From a virus: a stretch of 64,000 nucleotides of DNA. Position 1 is the stretch's first letter. Each line of letters begins with the position of its first letter. Positions 27,923 to 37,310 of the stretch are shown piece after piece. The position numbers and the translations under genes were made by a program. The stretch covers positions 2,038-66,037 of the IMG/VR virus record IMGVR_UViG_3300028809_000011; one strand, 5' to 3'. The notes under the pieces were generated by a model. It was not told the DNA's origin. It saw only the letters and a list, made by a program, of their open reading frames with translations, and did no database searches.

Positions 27923-29653
27923 ATGTTCGTCATCCCCACCGACCTGAGCGTCTTCAGCGTCGCGGGCCTCAAGGACCTTCTGCGTGTCGCCACAGCCGAA
28001 CTGGCTGACCTGCGCTCCGGGCTGACCGACTACGCCTCAGCCACCGACGAGCAGGCCCAGCGCATCGGCGACCTGCACAGCTTCGGTGTCGCCGCCAAGG
28101 CGGAGATCGAGAAGCAGGAGGCCAAGGCCGCGCAGATCGCCGCAGCCGACCCGAGTGCTTTCGAGGCCGCGTTCAAGGTCGCCCAGGCCGTCGTCACCGA
28201 GACCCCGGCCGAGCCGGTCGTCGAGACACCTGAGCCCGTCGTCGAGGCCGTCACCGCTTCAGCCCCGGCCACCGAGACCGCCCGCCCGAACGTGGCAGCC
28301 GTCGCCGCAGCCCAGGACGTCAACCCGGTCCTGTCCGGGGACATCGTGCCATCCAACCCTGGTGGCTGGATGGGCTCGCAGCACACCCTGGTCGCCGCGA
28401 ACAACCTACCCGGCGTCACCGACGGTTCGGAGCTGGCGAGCTGGGCCGAGTTCTCGGCCGCCTTCGCCAACCGCACCCGCAACTTCCCCGACCCAGGCCG
28501 TAGCACGAACGTGCTCCAGTACCCGATCGCGGAGATCCGCCGCGACTACGGTCCGGAGTTCTCGATCTACGACCACCAGATGGACTCGGGCCTGAACCAG
28601 GCTGTCCTGGAGCGCGTCACCGACGAGTCCCGCCTTGAGGGCGGCTCCCTGGTCGCGGCCAACGGCTGGTGCTCGCCTTCGGAGACCCTGTACGGCACGT
28701 GTCTTCAGATCAGCACGGACGGCCTGCTGTCCCTGCCTGAGGTCATCGCCCGTCGCGGTGGTATCCGGCACAACCAGGGCATCGAGTTCGACACGATCTT
28801 CGGTACCGGCACCGGCTTCAACATCCTCACTGAGGCGCAGGTCATCGCGGATGTCACAAAGACATGTGTCGAAATCCCCTGCCCCCCATTCGTGGACGAT
28901 CGTCTCGATGTGTCCGTTCTGTGCCTCACCGGTGCGATCCTCCAGAACCGGGCCTACCCGGAGTTCGTGGAGACCTTCGTCCGGGGTGCCCTGGCGACCT
29001 TCGCCCACTTCATCAACCGTTCCGTGATCGCCCAGATCGTCGCCGGTTCCGTCGCGGTCAACCCGACCACAGTCGACCCGTGGGCCACCGACAACTCGGC
29101 GATCAGCTCCCTGCTGGGCGTCGTGGAGATGGCCATCGAGGACATCCGCTACCGCCTGCGCCTGCCGATGTCGGCCACCGTCGAGATCGTCCTGCCGCAC
29201 TGGGTCATGCCGCTGTTCCGTCAGGACTTCAGCCGCCGGACCGGCTTCGACGGCGTGGGCCTGACGGATGGCACCATCCAGTCATGGTTCTCGATCCGTG
29301 GTGCCCGTGTCCAGTTCGTCTACGATTGGCAGGATTCGTTCTCCGGCGTGGTCACCGGCCCTGGTGCGGACACCCCGATCACCACGCTTCCGGCGCTCGT
29401 TACGCCGAAGCAGGTCCAGTTCCTCGCCTACCCGGCGGGCACATGGGTCCTGGCCAGGCTCGACGTCATCCGCCTTGAGGCCATTTACGACAGCGTGAAC
29501 CTGCCTCAGAACCTCGTGACGCAGCTCTTCATGGAGGACGGCTTCAAGCCGATGCGCATGTGCCCTCTGTCGCGTGTGTACACGGCCAACATCTGCCCAT
29601 CGGGTGCGACCTCGGCCCTCCAGACCGTGGCCTGCACGGACATCACTCCGTAA
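27923..29653 (+). CDS. major capsid protein with N-terminal scaffold (delta) domain
   Basis: starts MFVIPTDLSVF; Ala/Glu-rich N-terminal part then a long C-terminal region consistent with an HK97-type capsid; follows an AAACGGACAT motif. Confidence 0.8.
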   Translation: MFVIPTDLSVFSVAGLKDLLRVATAELADLRSGLTDYASATDEQAQRIGDLHSFGVAAKAEIEKQEAKAAQIAAADPSAFEAAFKVAQAVVTETPAEPVVETPEPVVEAVTASAPATETARPNVAAVAAAQDVNPVLSGDIVPSNPGGWMGSQHTLVAANNLPGVTDGSELASWAEFSAAFANRTRNFPDPGRSTNVLQYPIAEIRRDYGPEFSIYDHQMDSGLNQAVLERVTDESRLEGGSLVAANGWCSPSETLYGTCLQISTDGLLSLPEVIARRGGIRHNQGIEFDTIFGTGTGFNILTEAQVIADVTKTCVEIPCPPFVDDRLDVSVLCLTGAILQNRAYPEFVETFVRGALATFAHFINRSVIAQIVAGSVAVNPTTVDPWATDNSAISSLLGVVEMAIEDIRYRLRLPMSATVEIVLPHWVMPLFRQDFSRRTGFDGVGLTDGTIQSWFSIRGARVQFVYDWQDSFSGVVTGPGADTPITTLPALVTPKQVQFLAYPAGTWVLARLDVIRLEAIYDSVNLPQNLVTQLFMEDGFKPMRMCPLSRVYTANICPSGATSALQTVACTDITP

Positions 29654-29668
29654 CCCTCCCAACGGCGA

Positions 29669-29707
29669 AGGGGCCTGGGCCTACCTGGGCTCAGGCCCCT
29701 TCTTCTA
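29669..29707 (+). terminator. rho-independent terminator after capsid gene
   Basis: GGGGCCTGGGC-loop-GCTCAGGCCCC followed by TTCTTCT. Confidence 0.6.
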
Positions 29708-29734
29708 TCGAAGACCTTGAAGGAGGTGTAACGA

Positions 29735-30589
29735 GTGGCTGTTCTGCCCAACATGCGTGAGTACGTCCGGCGTCCCGGCAGCCTCACCCCCAGCTACGGC
29801 CTGTTCAAGGTCGTCACAGCGATGGGGTCGATGGTTGAGGGCGGGGTAATGCCTGCCCACGCTGGTCAGGGCGGTGTCCTTTACGAGACACACGTCTGCG
29901 GGCTGCCGTACTGCTTCGAAACCAACTGCATCGACACGCTCGGCACCAAGACCATCGACGACGAGTTCGTGGTGGTCACCGGCGACCCGTTCGTCATCGT
30001 CACCGACCTGACCTGCGGAATGGTCGGCCTCACCGAAGAGCGGACCCGCAACTTCCTGCGGGAGAAGGCCGTAGCCGGTGAGCAGGCCGCCGTGGAGCTT
30101 GCGTTCTCCAACGGCGACTGCGGGCTCAACCCGAGCCTGGCGAACTCGACCCCGCTGGCCACGGCCCTGGCTGCCAGTGCCAACCCGGTGGCTGCCATCG
30201 CCCTGCTGGAAGAGGCCCTGTACTCGACCTACGGCCTGGTCGGCGTCCTTCACGTCCCGTACTTCGCGGGTCCGTGGCTGGCCGCCAACCACCTGATCGA
30301 GAAGGACGCCGCCGGTATCTGGCGAACCCCTGCCGGGACAGCCGTGTCGATCGGCAACTACTCGGGGACCTCACCTGCCGGTGTCGCCCCAGGTGCCGGT
30401 GCGGCCTGGATCTACATCACCGGCCAGGTGTCCATCTTCCGGACCGCCGAGTCGGACGTCTTCTACTCACCTTTCGCCGAGTCACTGAATCGTTCGACGA
30501 ACCAGTGGAACGGCTACCGGGAGCGCGAGTACATCGTCACCTACGAGTGCGGCGCATTCGCTACCGAAACAACTCTGGTGGTGGCCTGA
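29735..30589 (+). CDS. head-tail connector / hypothetical
   Basis: 284 aa after capsid; assigned by position. Confidence 0.45.
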   Translation: MAVLPNMREYVRRPGSLTPSYGLFKVVTAMGSMVEGGVMPAHAGQGGVLYETHVCGLPYCFETNCIDTLGTKTIDDEFVVVTGDPFVIVTDLTCGMVGLTEERTRNFLREKAVAGEQAAVELAFSNGDCGLNPSLANSTPLATALAASANPVAAIALLEEALYSTYGLVGVLHVPYFAGPWLAANHLIEKDAAGIWRTPAGTAVSIGNYSGTSPAGVAPGAGAAWIYITGQVSIFRTAESDVFYSPFAESLNRSTNQWNGYREREYIVTYECGAFATETTLVVA

Positions 30590-30590
30590 C

Positions 30591-30848
30591 ATGGCGGTGA
30601 TCTTCCCAAGGAACGGTGAGGAGGGTTCGGTTGCCCGGACCCTACTCGCCATGGCCGATGACGTTCAGGACGTGAGGACGAATACCGACAACGGCCTGAC
30701 GTTCGTCGTCCCGGACTACCTGTATGAGCGCTACATCAATGGCGGAATCGGTGAGGAAGAGGGGGCTGAGCCTGCCGTTTCCGAGGAGGTTCAGCGCCGT
30801 CGCCCAGGCCGCCCACGCAAGTCTGTCCCACCGAAGGAAGGTGACTAA
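30591..30848 (+). CDS. small structural-module protein
   Basis: 85 aa, translationally coupled. Confidence 0.4.
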   Translation: MAVIFPRNGEEGSVARTLLAMADDVQDVRTNTDNGLTFVVPDYLYERYINGGIGEEEGAEPAVSEEVQRRRPGRPRKSVPPKEGD

Positions 30849-31768
30849 TGGCAACCATCTGCGCCACCCCATTCAAGGTGCCTCGCCTTCGGGCCACACG
30901 GCTTGATGAGTGCGGCGTTCCCGTCGAGGGTGATTGCTCCACTGTCGTGACCGACGGCACCATCACCGTCGAGATCGCCAGGGAGTACGAGGACCGCGAG
31001 GACTTCTTCAAGAAAAACGGCGACGGTGTCTTCTGCGTCAAGGAGACCGACCCGCCGATCCTCAAGTGGATCAACCTCACGATGACGATGTGCGACGTTG
31101 ATCCCCACCTGGTCAACCTCGTTGCCGGTGAGGAAGTCCTGGAAGATGACGCGACTGAGCCGAACGTCATCGGCTTCCGGGTCACCGAGGGCTCAGCGGC
31201 CCTGGTCAACGTCGCCATCGAGGTGTGGACACGGACGACAGGCGGTGCCTGCGGGCCTAACGAGACCCGCTACGGCTACCTGCTGTTCCCGTGGGTCATC
31301 GAGGGCACCATCGGGGACCTGACCCTGGAGAACGGTGCTGCGGACTTCATCCTGACCGCCCGGACCCGATCTGGTTCACCGTGGGGCGTCGGCCCGTACA
31401 CGGTGCAGGAGTCGGCTCTCGCCGCGACCCTGGGCGACCCGCTGCCGTTCTACCAGATCGTCGGGGACCTGGATCACGAGGAGTGGATCTGGACGACGCT
31501 CGCGCCGCCGGTCGCCTCGTGTGGCTGCATCGCCCTGCCTCTGGTCCTGGCAGCCGTCGACTCGGGTGTCCTGACCGTCACGGCAACCCTGCCGTCGGGT
31601 GTGACGTTCCCCGTGTTCCTCGACTGGGGCGACGCGACACCGCTGGAGGAGTTCACCGTCGGCCCGATCACCCACGTGTACGGCATCGCCGGGTCCTACG
31701 ACATCGACCTGTACCCAGGCGGCATCTCCTCGGCCGCGTACCACATCGAGGATCTTGTCGTCGCTTAA
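30848..31768 (+). CDS. hypothetical structural protein
   Basis: 306 aa; ATGA overlap with the previous gene. Confidence 0.5.
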   Translation: MATICATPFKVPRLRATRLDECGVPVEGDCSTVVTDGTITVEIAREYEDREDFFKKNGDGVFCVKETDPPILKWINLTMTMCDVDPHLVNLVAGEEVLEDDATEPNVIGFRVTEGSAALVNVAIEVWTRTTGGACGPNETRYGYLLFPWVIEGTIGDLTLENGAADFILTARTRSGSPWGVGPYTVQESALAATLGDPLPFYQIVGDLDHEEWIWTTLAPPVASCGCIALPLVLAAVDSGVLTVTATLPSGVTFPVFLDWGDATPLEEFTVGPITHVYGIAGSYDIDLYPGGISSAAYHIEDLVVA

Positions 31769-31818
31769 CCGCAACGGCCCCAGGGCAACCTGGGGCCAAC
31801 CCAACATGAGGAGCAGAA

Positions 31819-32370
31819 ATGGCTGGTGGAAGTCTCACCATCTCCGTTTCGACCTACCCGCAGCTCCAGCAGGTCGCCCAGAGCGTCCTGTGCTGGGTGT
31901 CTGCGGTTAACCGATTCGGCGTCCGCACCATCTCAACGACCCCGAACCTGTCGATCCGTGTCCCGGAGGAGCTGTTCGGGGCCGGTTCCCTGGTCCTGCG
32001 CCGTGGTGGCACGGACCTGGTCGCCGGGTATGTCGCCGGTACCCACATCACCTACAACGTCGGCAACTCGAACGTCGCGGTGGGTCAGGATGCGAACACG
32101 TGTCCGGCCCGGACCAACCAGCCGACGATCAACTCGATGGCCACCAACGTCGGTGCCAACCCGCTGGCTGTGACCCTCAACTACGCCAACGTCGCCGCTG
32201 CTGGCACCGTGAACGTGTTCTGGGGCGACGGCACCAGCACCCTGGGTGCGGCTGAGAGCAACGCAGCCCTGGCTCACACCTACCCGAACGCGGGCAACAT
32301 CCCATACACGGTGACGGTGGTCGACGCATCCGATGCGACCCAGTTCGCCACTTCGGTCTTCGTCGTATAG
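31819..32370 (+). CDS. putative major tail subunit
   Basis: 183 aa; good RBS GAGGAGCAGAAATGG; followed by a terminator. Confidence 0.45.
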   Translation: MAGGSLTISVSTYPQLQQVAQSVLCWVSAVNRFGVRTISTTPNLSIRVPEELFGAGSLVLRRGGTDLVAGYVAGTHITYNVGNSNVAVGQDANTCPARTNQPTINSMATNVGANPLAVTLNYANVAAAGTVNVFWGDGTSTLGAAESNAALAHTYPNAGNIPYTVTVVDASDATQFATSVFVV

Positions 32371-32384
32371 TTCCCAGGCAAGAA

Positions 32385-32415
32385 CGGACCCCAGGTGGCG
32401 GCCTGGGGTCCTTTG
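32385..32415. terminator. bidirectional terminator
   Basis: GACCCCAGG-TGGCGG-CCTGGGGTC hairpin between convergent genes. Confidence 0.5.
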
Positions 32416-32428
32416 CACAGTATGGGGC

Positions 32429-32692
32429 TTAGGCGACCCTGATGCGGATGTGACCAACCTGATCGACGGCATCAGCCCTGGCCTCCAAGGTGGGGCTGGT
32501 GCCTGGGATCGCCTCCCAGCCCATGGTGGGGATGGTCAGGCCATCCTCCTGTTCTCCGGCGGCTCGGATACGCACGGTTCCCAGTGGGTCGTCACCGCTT
32601 CCTTTGACCAGCTCTAGGTCCTGTTCGGCGTAGTTGACGTTGGTGACGTCGAGGAAGCCGTTCCAGTGAATGTGGCCTTCATTGCTTGGCAT
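32429..32692 (-). CDS. small protein downstream of the fibre-like gene
   Basis: 87 aa. Confidence 0.4.
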   Translation of the reverse strand: MPSNEGHIHWNGFLDVTNVNYAEQDLELVKGSGDDPLGTVRIRAAGEQEDGLTIPTMGWEAIPGTSPTLEARADAVDQVGHIRIRVA

Positions 32693-32701
32693 CGATTCTC
32701 C

Positions 32702-34144
32702 TTACGGGGCCGCGAACCGACCGGCGTGGATGAACACGGCCTGGGCCGGGTTGGATAGGTCGACTGCCGTCCGGGTGGCGATGATATAGCCGGTCAGGGC
32801 ACCTGTGAACAGGGGGTTCACGGTGAAGATTCCTCGGCCGATGGCGTCGATGGCGGCTGAGATGCTGGCGTATGTGAACTGTCCGTACTGGATGATGATC
32901 TGTTCGTTGACTGCTGGGGCACCGGCGACATACACCCGGTGAATGGTGGTTGTGTTGGCTCCGCCACCGATGGGTGTGACGACTCCGAGCCCGTTCGGGT
33001 CGTAGTTGGCGACGTCCACGTTGTTGACGAATGGGGGGATCAGGGCTGTTGCTGTGGCGTACCTGAATGTTGCTGGGGTCTGTGCGGCCAGGGTGGTGAT
33101 GTGCGGGTTGAGGTAGGTGCCGAAGTTGACGCCGTAGGACCGGATGAACAGATCCCCACCATTGGTGTTGATCATCCTGTTGACGCCGTTCGGGTTGATC
33201 GAATTGGCCGTGGACGTCACGTTGAAAGCGCCCAGGGATGTCATCAGGTCGACGAGCTGCGCACCGGGCTGGGACTGCACCATCGGCAGGTTGCGGAAGG
33301 CGACGACGATCCCGCCGAATGCGACGGTGGCACCGAGAAAAATGTTCTGCCGGGTCTGTGGCCTGGTCGGCGGGGTCGCCTGGTTGATGATCGTCCCAGC
33401 CGGGCTGATCAGCCAGTACGTGACCTGGCCCGGTAGGGGCGCGATACCGGTCTGCCCTGGGTAGGTGACGTAGGTGATCGTCGGGTTGGCCGGGCCGAGT
33501 GTGCCGGTTGAGTTGTAGTCGACGACCCAGCCGGTTGCGGCGGAGATGTCGACCAGGGCCGGGTTGGCGTTGATGGTGATCTGACCACCGGAGGTCAGGC
33601 CGGTGGACACGGCCGTGGACAGCAGGCGCATGACGTCGCCGTTGAGGCCCTGGTATTCAGCGGTCAGGCTGCCATCGACGTTCGCGTCCCCACTGACCTG
33701 AAGATTGGCGTTGATGATCAGGTTGCCGGTCATGGTGTCCCCGGCTTTGAGCACGTACAGGTTCGGATTGTCGGGGGGCTCCGGCGTACCTGCCGTGGTC
33801 TGGGCGCACGGGTCGTAGTCCAGACGCTCCAGGTCCGCGAACTCGGTCACGCCGGGGGCGAAGGGGAGCTGGAAGTAGATCGTCTCCCGCCAGGTCGCCG
33901 TCGACACGAATGCCTGATACACCCAGTTCAGTGGTGTGATGTCCGGGTTGTCGGTTGCTGGGAGCACGATGGTGAACTCGCCGTTGACGTCCAAGGTCGC
34001 CACGAACGTGCTCGGCGCGTAGGTGACGTTGTCCACGATGTCGTTCAGCTCGACCAGCGTCTTGAAGGTCACCGTCCCCACGGCCGGGGTCAGGCCGTCG
34101 AGTTCGAGGATCTGGCCGTGCAGGGTCACGGTCGTCAGGGCCAT
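32702..34144 (-). CDS. tail fibre / receptor-binding-like protein on the opposite strand
   Basis: 480 aa, Thr/Gly/Asn/Val-rich and likely beta-rich; internal Met MALTTVTL chosen as start. Confidence 0.55.
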   Translation of the reverse strand: MALTTVTLHGQILELDGLTPAVGTVTFKTLVELNDIVDNVTYAPSTFVATLDVNGEFTIVLPATDNPDITPLNWVYQAFVSTATWRETIYFQLPFAPGVTEFADLERLDYDPCAQTTAGTPEPPDNPNLYVLKAGDTMTGNLIINANLQVSGDANVDGSLTAEYQGLNGDVMRLLSTAVSTGLTSGGQITINANPALVDISAATGWVVDYNSTGTLGPANPTITYVTYPGQTGIAPLPGQVTYWLISPAGTIINQATPPTRPQTRQNIFLGATVAFGGIVVAFRNLPMVQSQPGAQLVDLMTSLGAFNVTSTANSINPNGVNRMINTNGGDLFIRSYGVNFGTYLNPHITTLAAQTPATFRYATATALIPPFVNNVDVANYDPNGLGVVTPIGGGANTTTIHRVYVAGAPAVNEQIIIQYGQFTYASISAAIDAIGRGIFTVNPLFTGALTGYIIATRTAVDLSNPAQAVFIHAGRFAAP

Positions 34145-34202
34145 TTGGGACCTCCTTTGCCATATCATGGTAAATCAGACAAAGCCGCAAAGGAGGTGAG
34201 TC

Positions 34203-35018
34203 GTGGCAACTGGTCCATGTTCCTGGGACATTGTCTTCAACGACTGCTGCGAATGCTGGGACACCCTGGACCCGGCAGCCCAGCAGCGCGCATTGAACTT
34301 CGCCACTACTGTCCTCTGGGCTGCCACGGGTAAGCAGTTCGGCGACTGTCCCCAGACGGTCAGGCCCTGCGGTCGCTACTGCAACAGCTCCACCCTGGGC
34401 TACTTCTGGAACGACGGCCTGTTCAGCCCCTGGCTGCCCTACATCTTCAACGGCCAGTGGCGCAACTGCTGGTGCGGATGCGGTTCAGGCTCGGGGCCTG
34501 GCTGCTGCTCGTGTGAGCCGTCCCAGCAGATCTACCTGCCCGGCCCTGTCGCCTCGGTCACTTCGGTCATCCAGGACGGCTTCCTGGTCGACCCGTCGGC
34601 CTACCGGGTCGATGACGCGAAGTGGCTGGTCCGGACCGATGGGCTGGCGTGGCCTGAGTGCCAGAACTACGACGTCGATGCTGGTCTGGGCCTGTTCAAC
34701 GACAACACCCTGGTCGTCACGTACACCCGTGGTGAGCCCGTCCCTGCTGCGCTGCTGGACGCCGCCGCGACCCTGGCCTGCGAGTTTGCCAAGGCGTGCG
34801 CGGGTCAGTCGTGTCGCCTGCCGGGCAGGCTGTCGACGGTGGCCAGGCAGGGTGTGCAGTTGACCTTCCAGAACATCGATGAGCTGATCAACAACATGTT
34901 CACCGGCATCCCCGAGGTGGACATGATCATCAAGGCGTACAACCCGTACGGCCTGGCCAGGCCCATGCGCGTCTGGTCCCCCGACCTCCCGACGGTGCGA
35001 CAGGTGACCACCCCGTGA
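34203..35018 (+). CDS. hypothetical Cys/Trp-rich structural protein
   Basis: 271 aa. Confidence 0.5.
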   Translation: MATGPCSWDIVFNDCCECWDTLDPAAQQRALNFATTVLWAATGKQFGDCPQTVRPCGRYCNSSTLGYFWNDGLFSPWLPYIFNGQWRNCWCGCGSGSGPGCCSCEPSQQIYLPGPVASVTSVIQDGFLVDPSAYRVDDAKWLVRTDGLAWPECQNYDVDAGLGLFNDNTLVVTYTRGEPVPAALLDAAATLACEFAKACAGQSCRLPGRLSTVARQGVQLTFQNIDELINNMFTGIPEVDMIIKAYNPYGLARPMRVWSPDLPTVRQVTTP

Positions 35019-35566
35019 CCGACACCATGATCCAGCCGGTGGCCCAGGAGCTGCTGGACTGCTTCTGCGCCGCCTTGATCACCGAGCACGGCCTGCCCAC
35101 CATGCTCGAAGGGGGCACCCGGCCGTCGGAGTGCTGCTTCCGCGTCGGGGAGCTGGCCTCCATGGACGCCTCCGAGTTCCAGGACCTGTGCTGCTCCGGC
35201 CTGGCCTGGCTGCGGGTCGTCGACATCTTCAGCTCCACGTCCGACTTCCCCACCCCCGACACCTTGACCGTGTGGAACGGGTGCGGACCGATGGGCTGGG
35301 GTGTCGTGTTCGAGCTGGGTGTCATGCGCTGCGCGCCGACCGGGGACATCTCCACCATCCCCACCTGTGAGGAGTGGACCGCGCTCCAGGGCCTGGTCAT
35401 GCGGGACGCGAAGGCGATGCGTCAGGCGTTCTGCTGCCTGTTCGCCCAGTACGACCCAGGTAGCATCGCGCTCGGCTCGTGGGCACCCCTGCCGACCACG
35501 GGCGGCTGTGCCGGGGGAACCTGGCAGGTCACGGTGCAGATCGTCAACTCGGAGTGCTGCCAGTGA
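35015..35566 (+). CDS. hypothetical Cys-rich protein
   Basis: 183 aa; GTGA overlap. Confidence 0.5.
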   Translation: MTDTMIQPVAQELLDCFCAALITEHGLPTMLEGGTRPSECCFRVGELASMDASEFQDLCCSGLAWLRVVDIFSSTSDFPTPDTLTVWNGCGPMGWGVVFELGVMRCAPTGDISTIPTCEEWTALQGLVMRDAKAMRQAFCCLFAQYDPGSIALGSWAPLPTTGGCAGGTWQVTVQIVNSECCQ

Positions 35567-35781
35567 TTCCAGTATTCGGCTACTTCCACATCGAGGCGTC
35601 CAATCCGATCGTGGGCCTCTGGTGTGACGATTGCAGCCTGCCGTCCCTTTGCGAGTTCCCCCTGTATTCGGTCAACCGTGACGGGGTGGGACAGGTGGGG
35701 ACGGTGAAGTGCTGCGTCAACTGCAATGGCGATGAGGAGGGCGAAGATGAAGATCCCGAAGGCGACCTGGTACGCGGTTAA
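35563..35781 (+). CDS. small Cys-rich acidic protein
   Basis: GTG start overlapping the previous stop; CDDCS...CCVNCNGDEEGEDED. Confidence 0.35.
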   Translation: MIPVFGYFHIEASNPIVGLWCDDCSLPSLCEFPLYSVNRDGVGQVGTVKCCVNCNGDEEGEDEDPEGDLVRG

Positions 35782-35969
35782 GACGGCGGGCAAGTTCCGG
35801 CAGGGTCGGTACTACCGGACTGAGGAGCTTGGCGTGCTGGGCAGGATGGCACGCAAGGCCGGGTTCCTGGTACTGGCTGACCCGCCTACAGCCAGGCTCG
35901 CCGCCAAGCCTGCTAAGAAGGCCGTGAGGCGGCGAAAGGGCGCTGCCCCTATCCCGGTGGAGGCTGGCA

Positions 35970-36392
35970 ATGGCGAGGCTTCAGTTTAAGCCTGGGGCCG
36001 TTCAGGCGTTCGCGACGACGCAGGCCCGCAAGGAGGTCAGGTCGTGCACGGCTGCGGTCAACCGCAGGGCACGGCGCAACGCCCCTGGCGGCTCCTACTC
36101 CACCGGACGGCTCAAGGCGTCCATCAACTGGTCAATGAGGACCGTAGGCTGGTCGGTCGTCGGGGAGTCCGGCTCCGAGCTGATCTACGCACGCAGCGTC
36201 CACGAAGGCCAGCCAGCCCGTGTCATCACCCCTAAACGTGCCCCGTACCTGGACTTCTACTGGCGCAAGGTCGGCAGGAGGGTTCAGTTGGGCCGGGTGA
36301 ACCATCCGGGCACCGCACCCCAGCCGTACCTGGCTCAGGCACTTCTTACCGAAGCGCCCAAGTATGGCTTCAAAGTAATCATTTACCGCTAA
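35970..36392 (+). CDS. tail completion-like protein
   Basis: 140 aa before the chaperone pair; assigned by position. Confidence 0.45.
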   Translation: MARLQFKPGAVQAFATTQARKEVRSCTAAVNRRARRNAPGGSYSTGRLKASINWSMRTVGWSVVGESGSELIYARSVHEGQPARVITPKRAPYLDFYWRKVGRRVQLGRVNHPGTAPQPYLAQALLTEAPKYGFKVIIYR

Positions 36393-36393
36393 C

Positions 36394-36768
36394 ATGTCCC
36401 ATATGAGTGACACCGTCGAGACCGACAACACGATCATCCTGGCTGGCCGGGTGATCCAGTTCATCCCGCCGACCCAGGGCCAGGTCGAGCAGATGGTGCG
36501 GATCGCCCGGTCCACCCAGCGCGGCGCGGACGACGCACCCAGCGACTTCTGGGTCAAGCAGATCGGCCGCATCGGTGACCTGCTTGAGCAGATGATCGTC
36601 GAAGGTGACCGCGAGGCTGTCGAGGATCTGTACGTCGAGGGCAAACTGGACCACACCGCCCTGGTCACAGCCATCCTGACCAAGGTCCGCGAGAACGCGG
36701 AGAAGTCCGAGGACAAGGCAATCGCCAAGGCCAAGAAGGTCACCGGCGCACGTGTCCAGCGTAAGTGA
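36394..36768 (+). CDS. tail assembly chaperone
   Basis: 124 aa immediately upstream of tape measure. Confidence 0.5.
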   Translation: MSHMSDTVETDNTIILAGRVIQFIPPTQGQVEQMVRIARSTQRGADDAPSDFWVKQIGRIGDLLEQMIVEGDREAVEDLYVEGKLDHTALVTAILTKVRENAEKSEDKAIAKAKKVTGARVQRK

Positions 36769-37279
36769 CATCCTCGCCCACCTGCGCCCATGCCCCATCC
36801 AGGTCGACTTCCTCGGCCGGACCTACACCATCCCGGCCATGGACGCGGTCGAATGGGTCGCGCTGATCGACGGCCCACGTCCTGACCTGTATGAGATCTT
36901 CCCGGCATTGGCCGGTCCTGAGGCCGTCGAAGCTGTCGAAGATGCCCTGTGGGAGGGACTGGTCAGCGATGACGAGGTCGGCATGGTGGGGATGGAAGCC
37001 CTGGGCGCGGCCGGGGACCGGGACTGGTGGGTGGTCCTGAACGTGATTCGGTCGGCGGCCACGGCCTGGTCGATCGTGCATGTGAACCATGCTGCGGGCA
37101 TGTCGCTGGCCGGGTGGCTTGACGAGGTGTGGAGCAAGATCATGGACCACATCGATCCGAAGAAGCGGGCGAGCTGGATCTCCGAGGTCGAACGTCCACC
37201 GAAGGGCCTCAAGAGGGAGATCGACTTCGACGAGGAGGAGGCCGCATTCCTGGCTGCGATGAATGCGGTCATGAAGTAG
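36752..37279 (+). CDS. tail assembly chaperone, second ORF (possible frameshift product)
   Basis: overlaps the previous ORF by 17 nt in the +1 frame; GTG start. Confidence 0.45.
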   Translation: MSSVSDILAHLRPCPIQVDFLGRTYTIPAMDAVEWVALIDGPRPDLYEIFPALAGPEAVEAVEDALWEGLVSDDEVGMVGMEALGAAGDRDWWVVLNVIRSAATAWSIVHVNHAAGMSLAGWLDEVWSKIMDHIDPKKRASWISEVERPPKGLKREIDFDEEEAAFLAAMNAVMK

Positions 37280-37310
37280 GAAAACCGGACATAGCCTCTA
37301 AGATGAGGAC

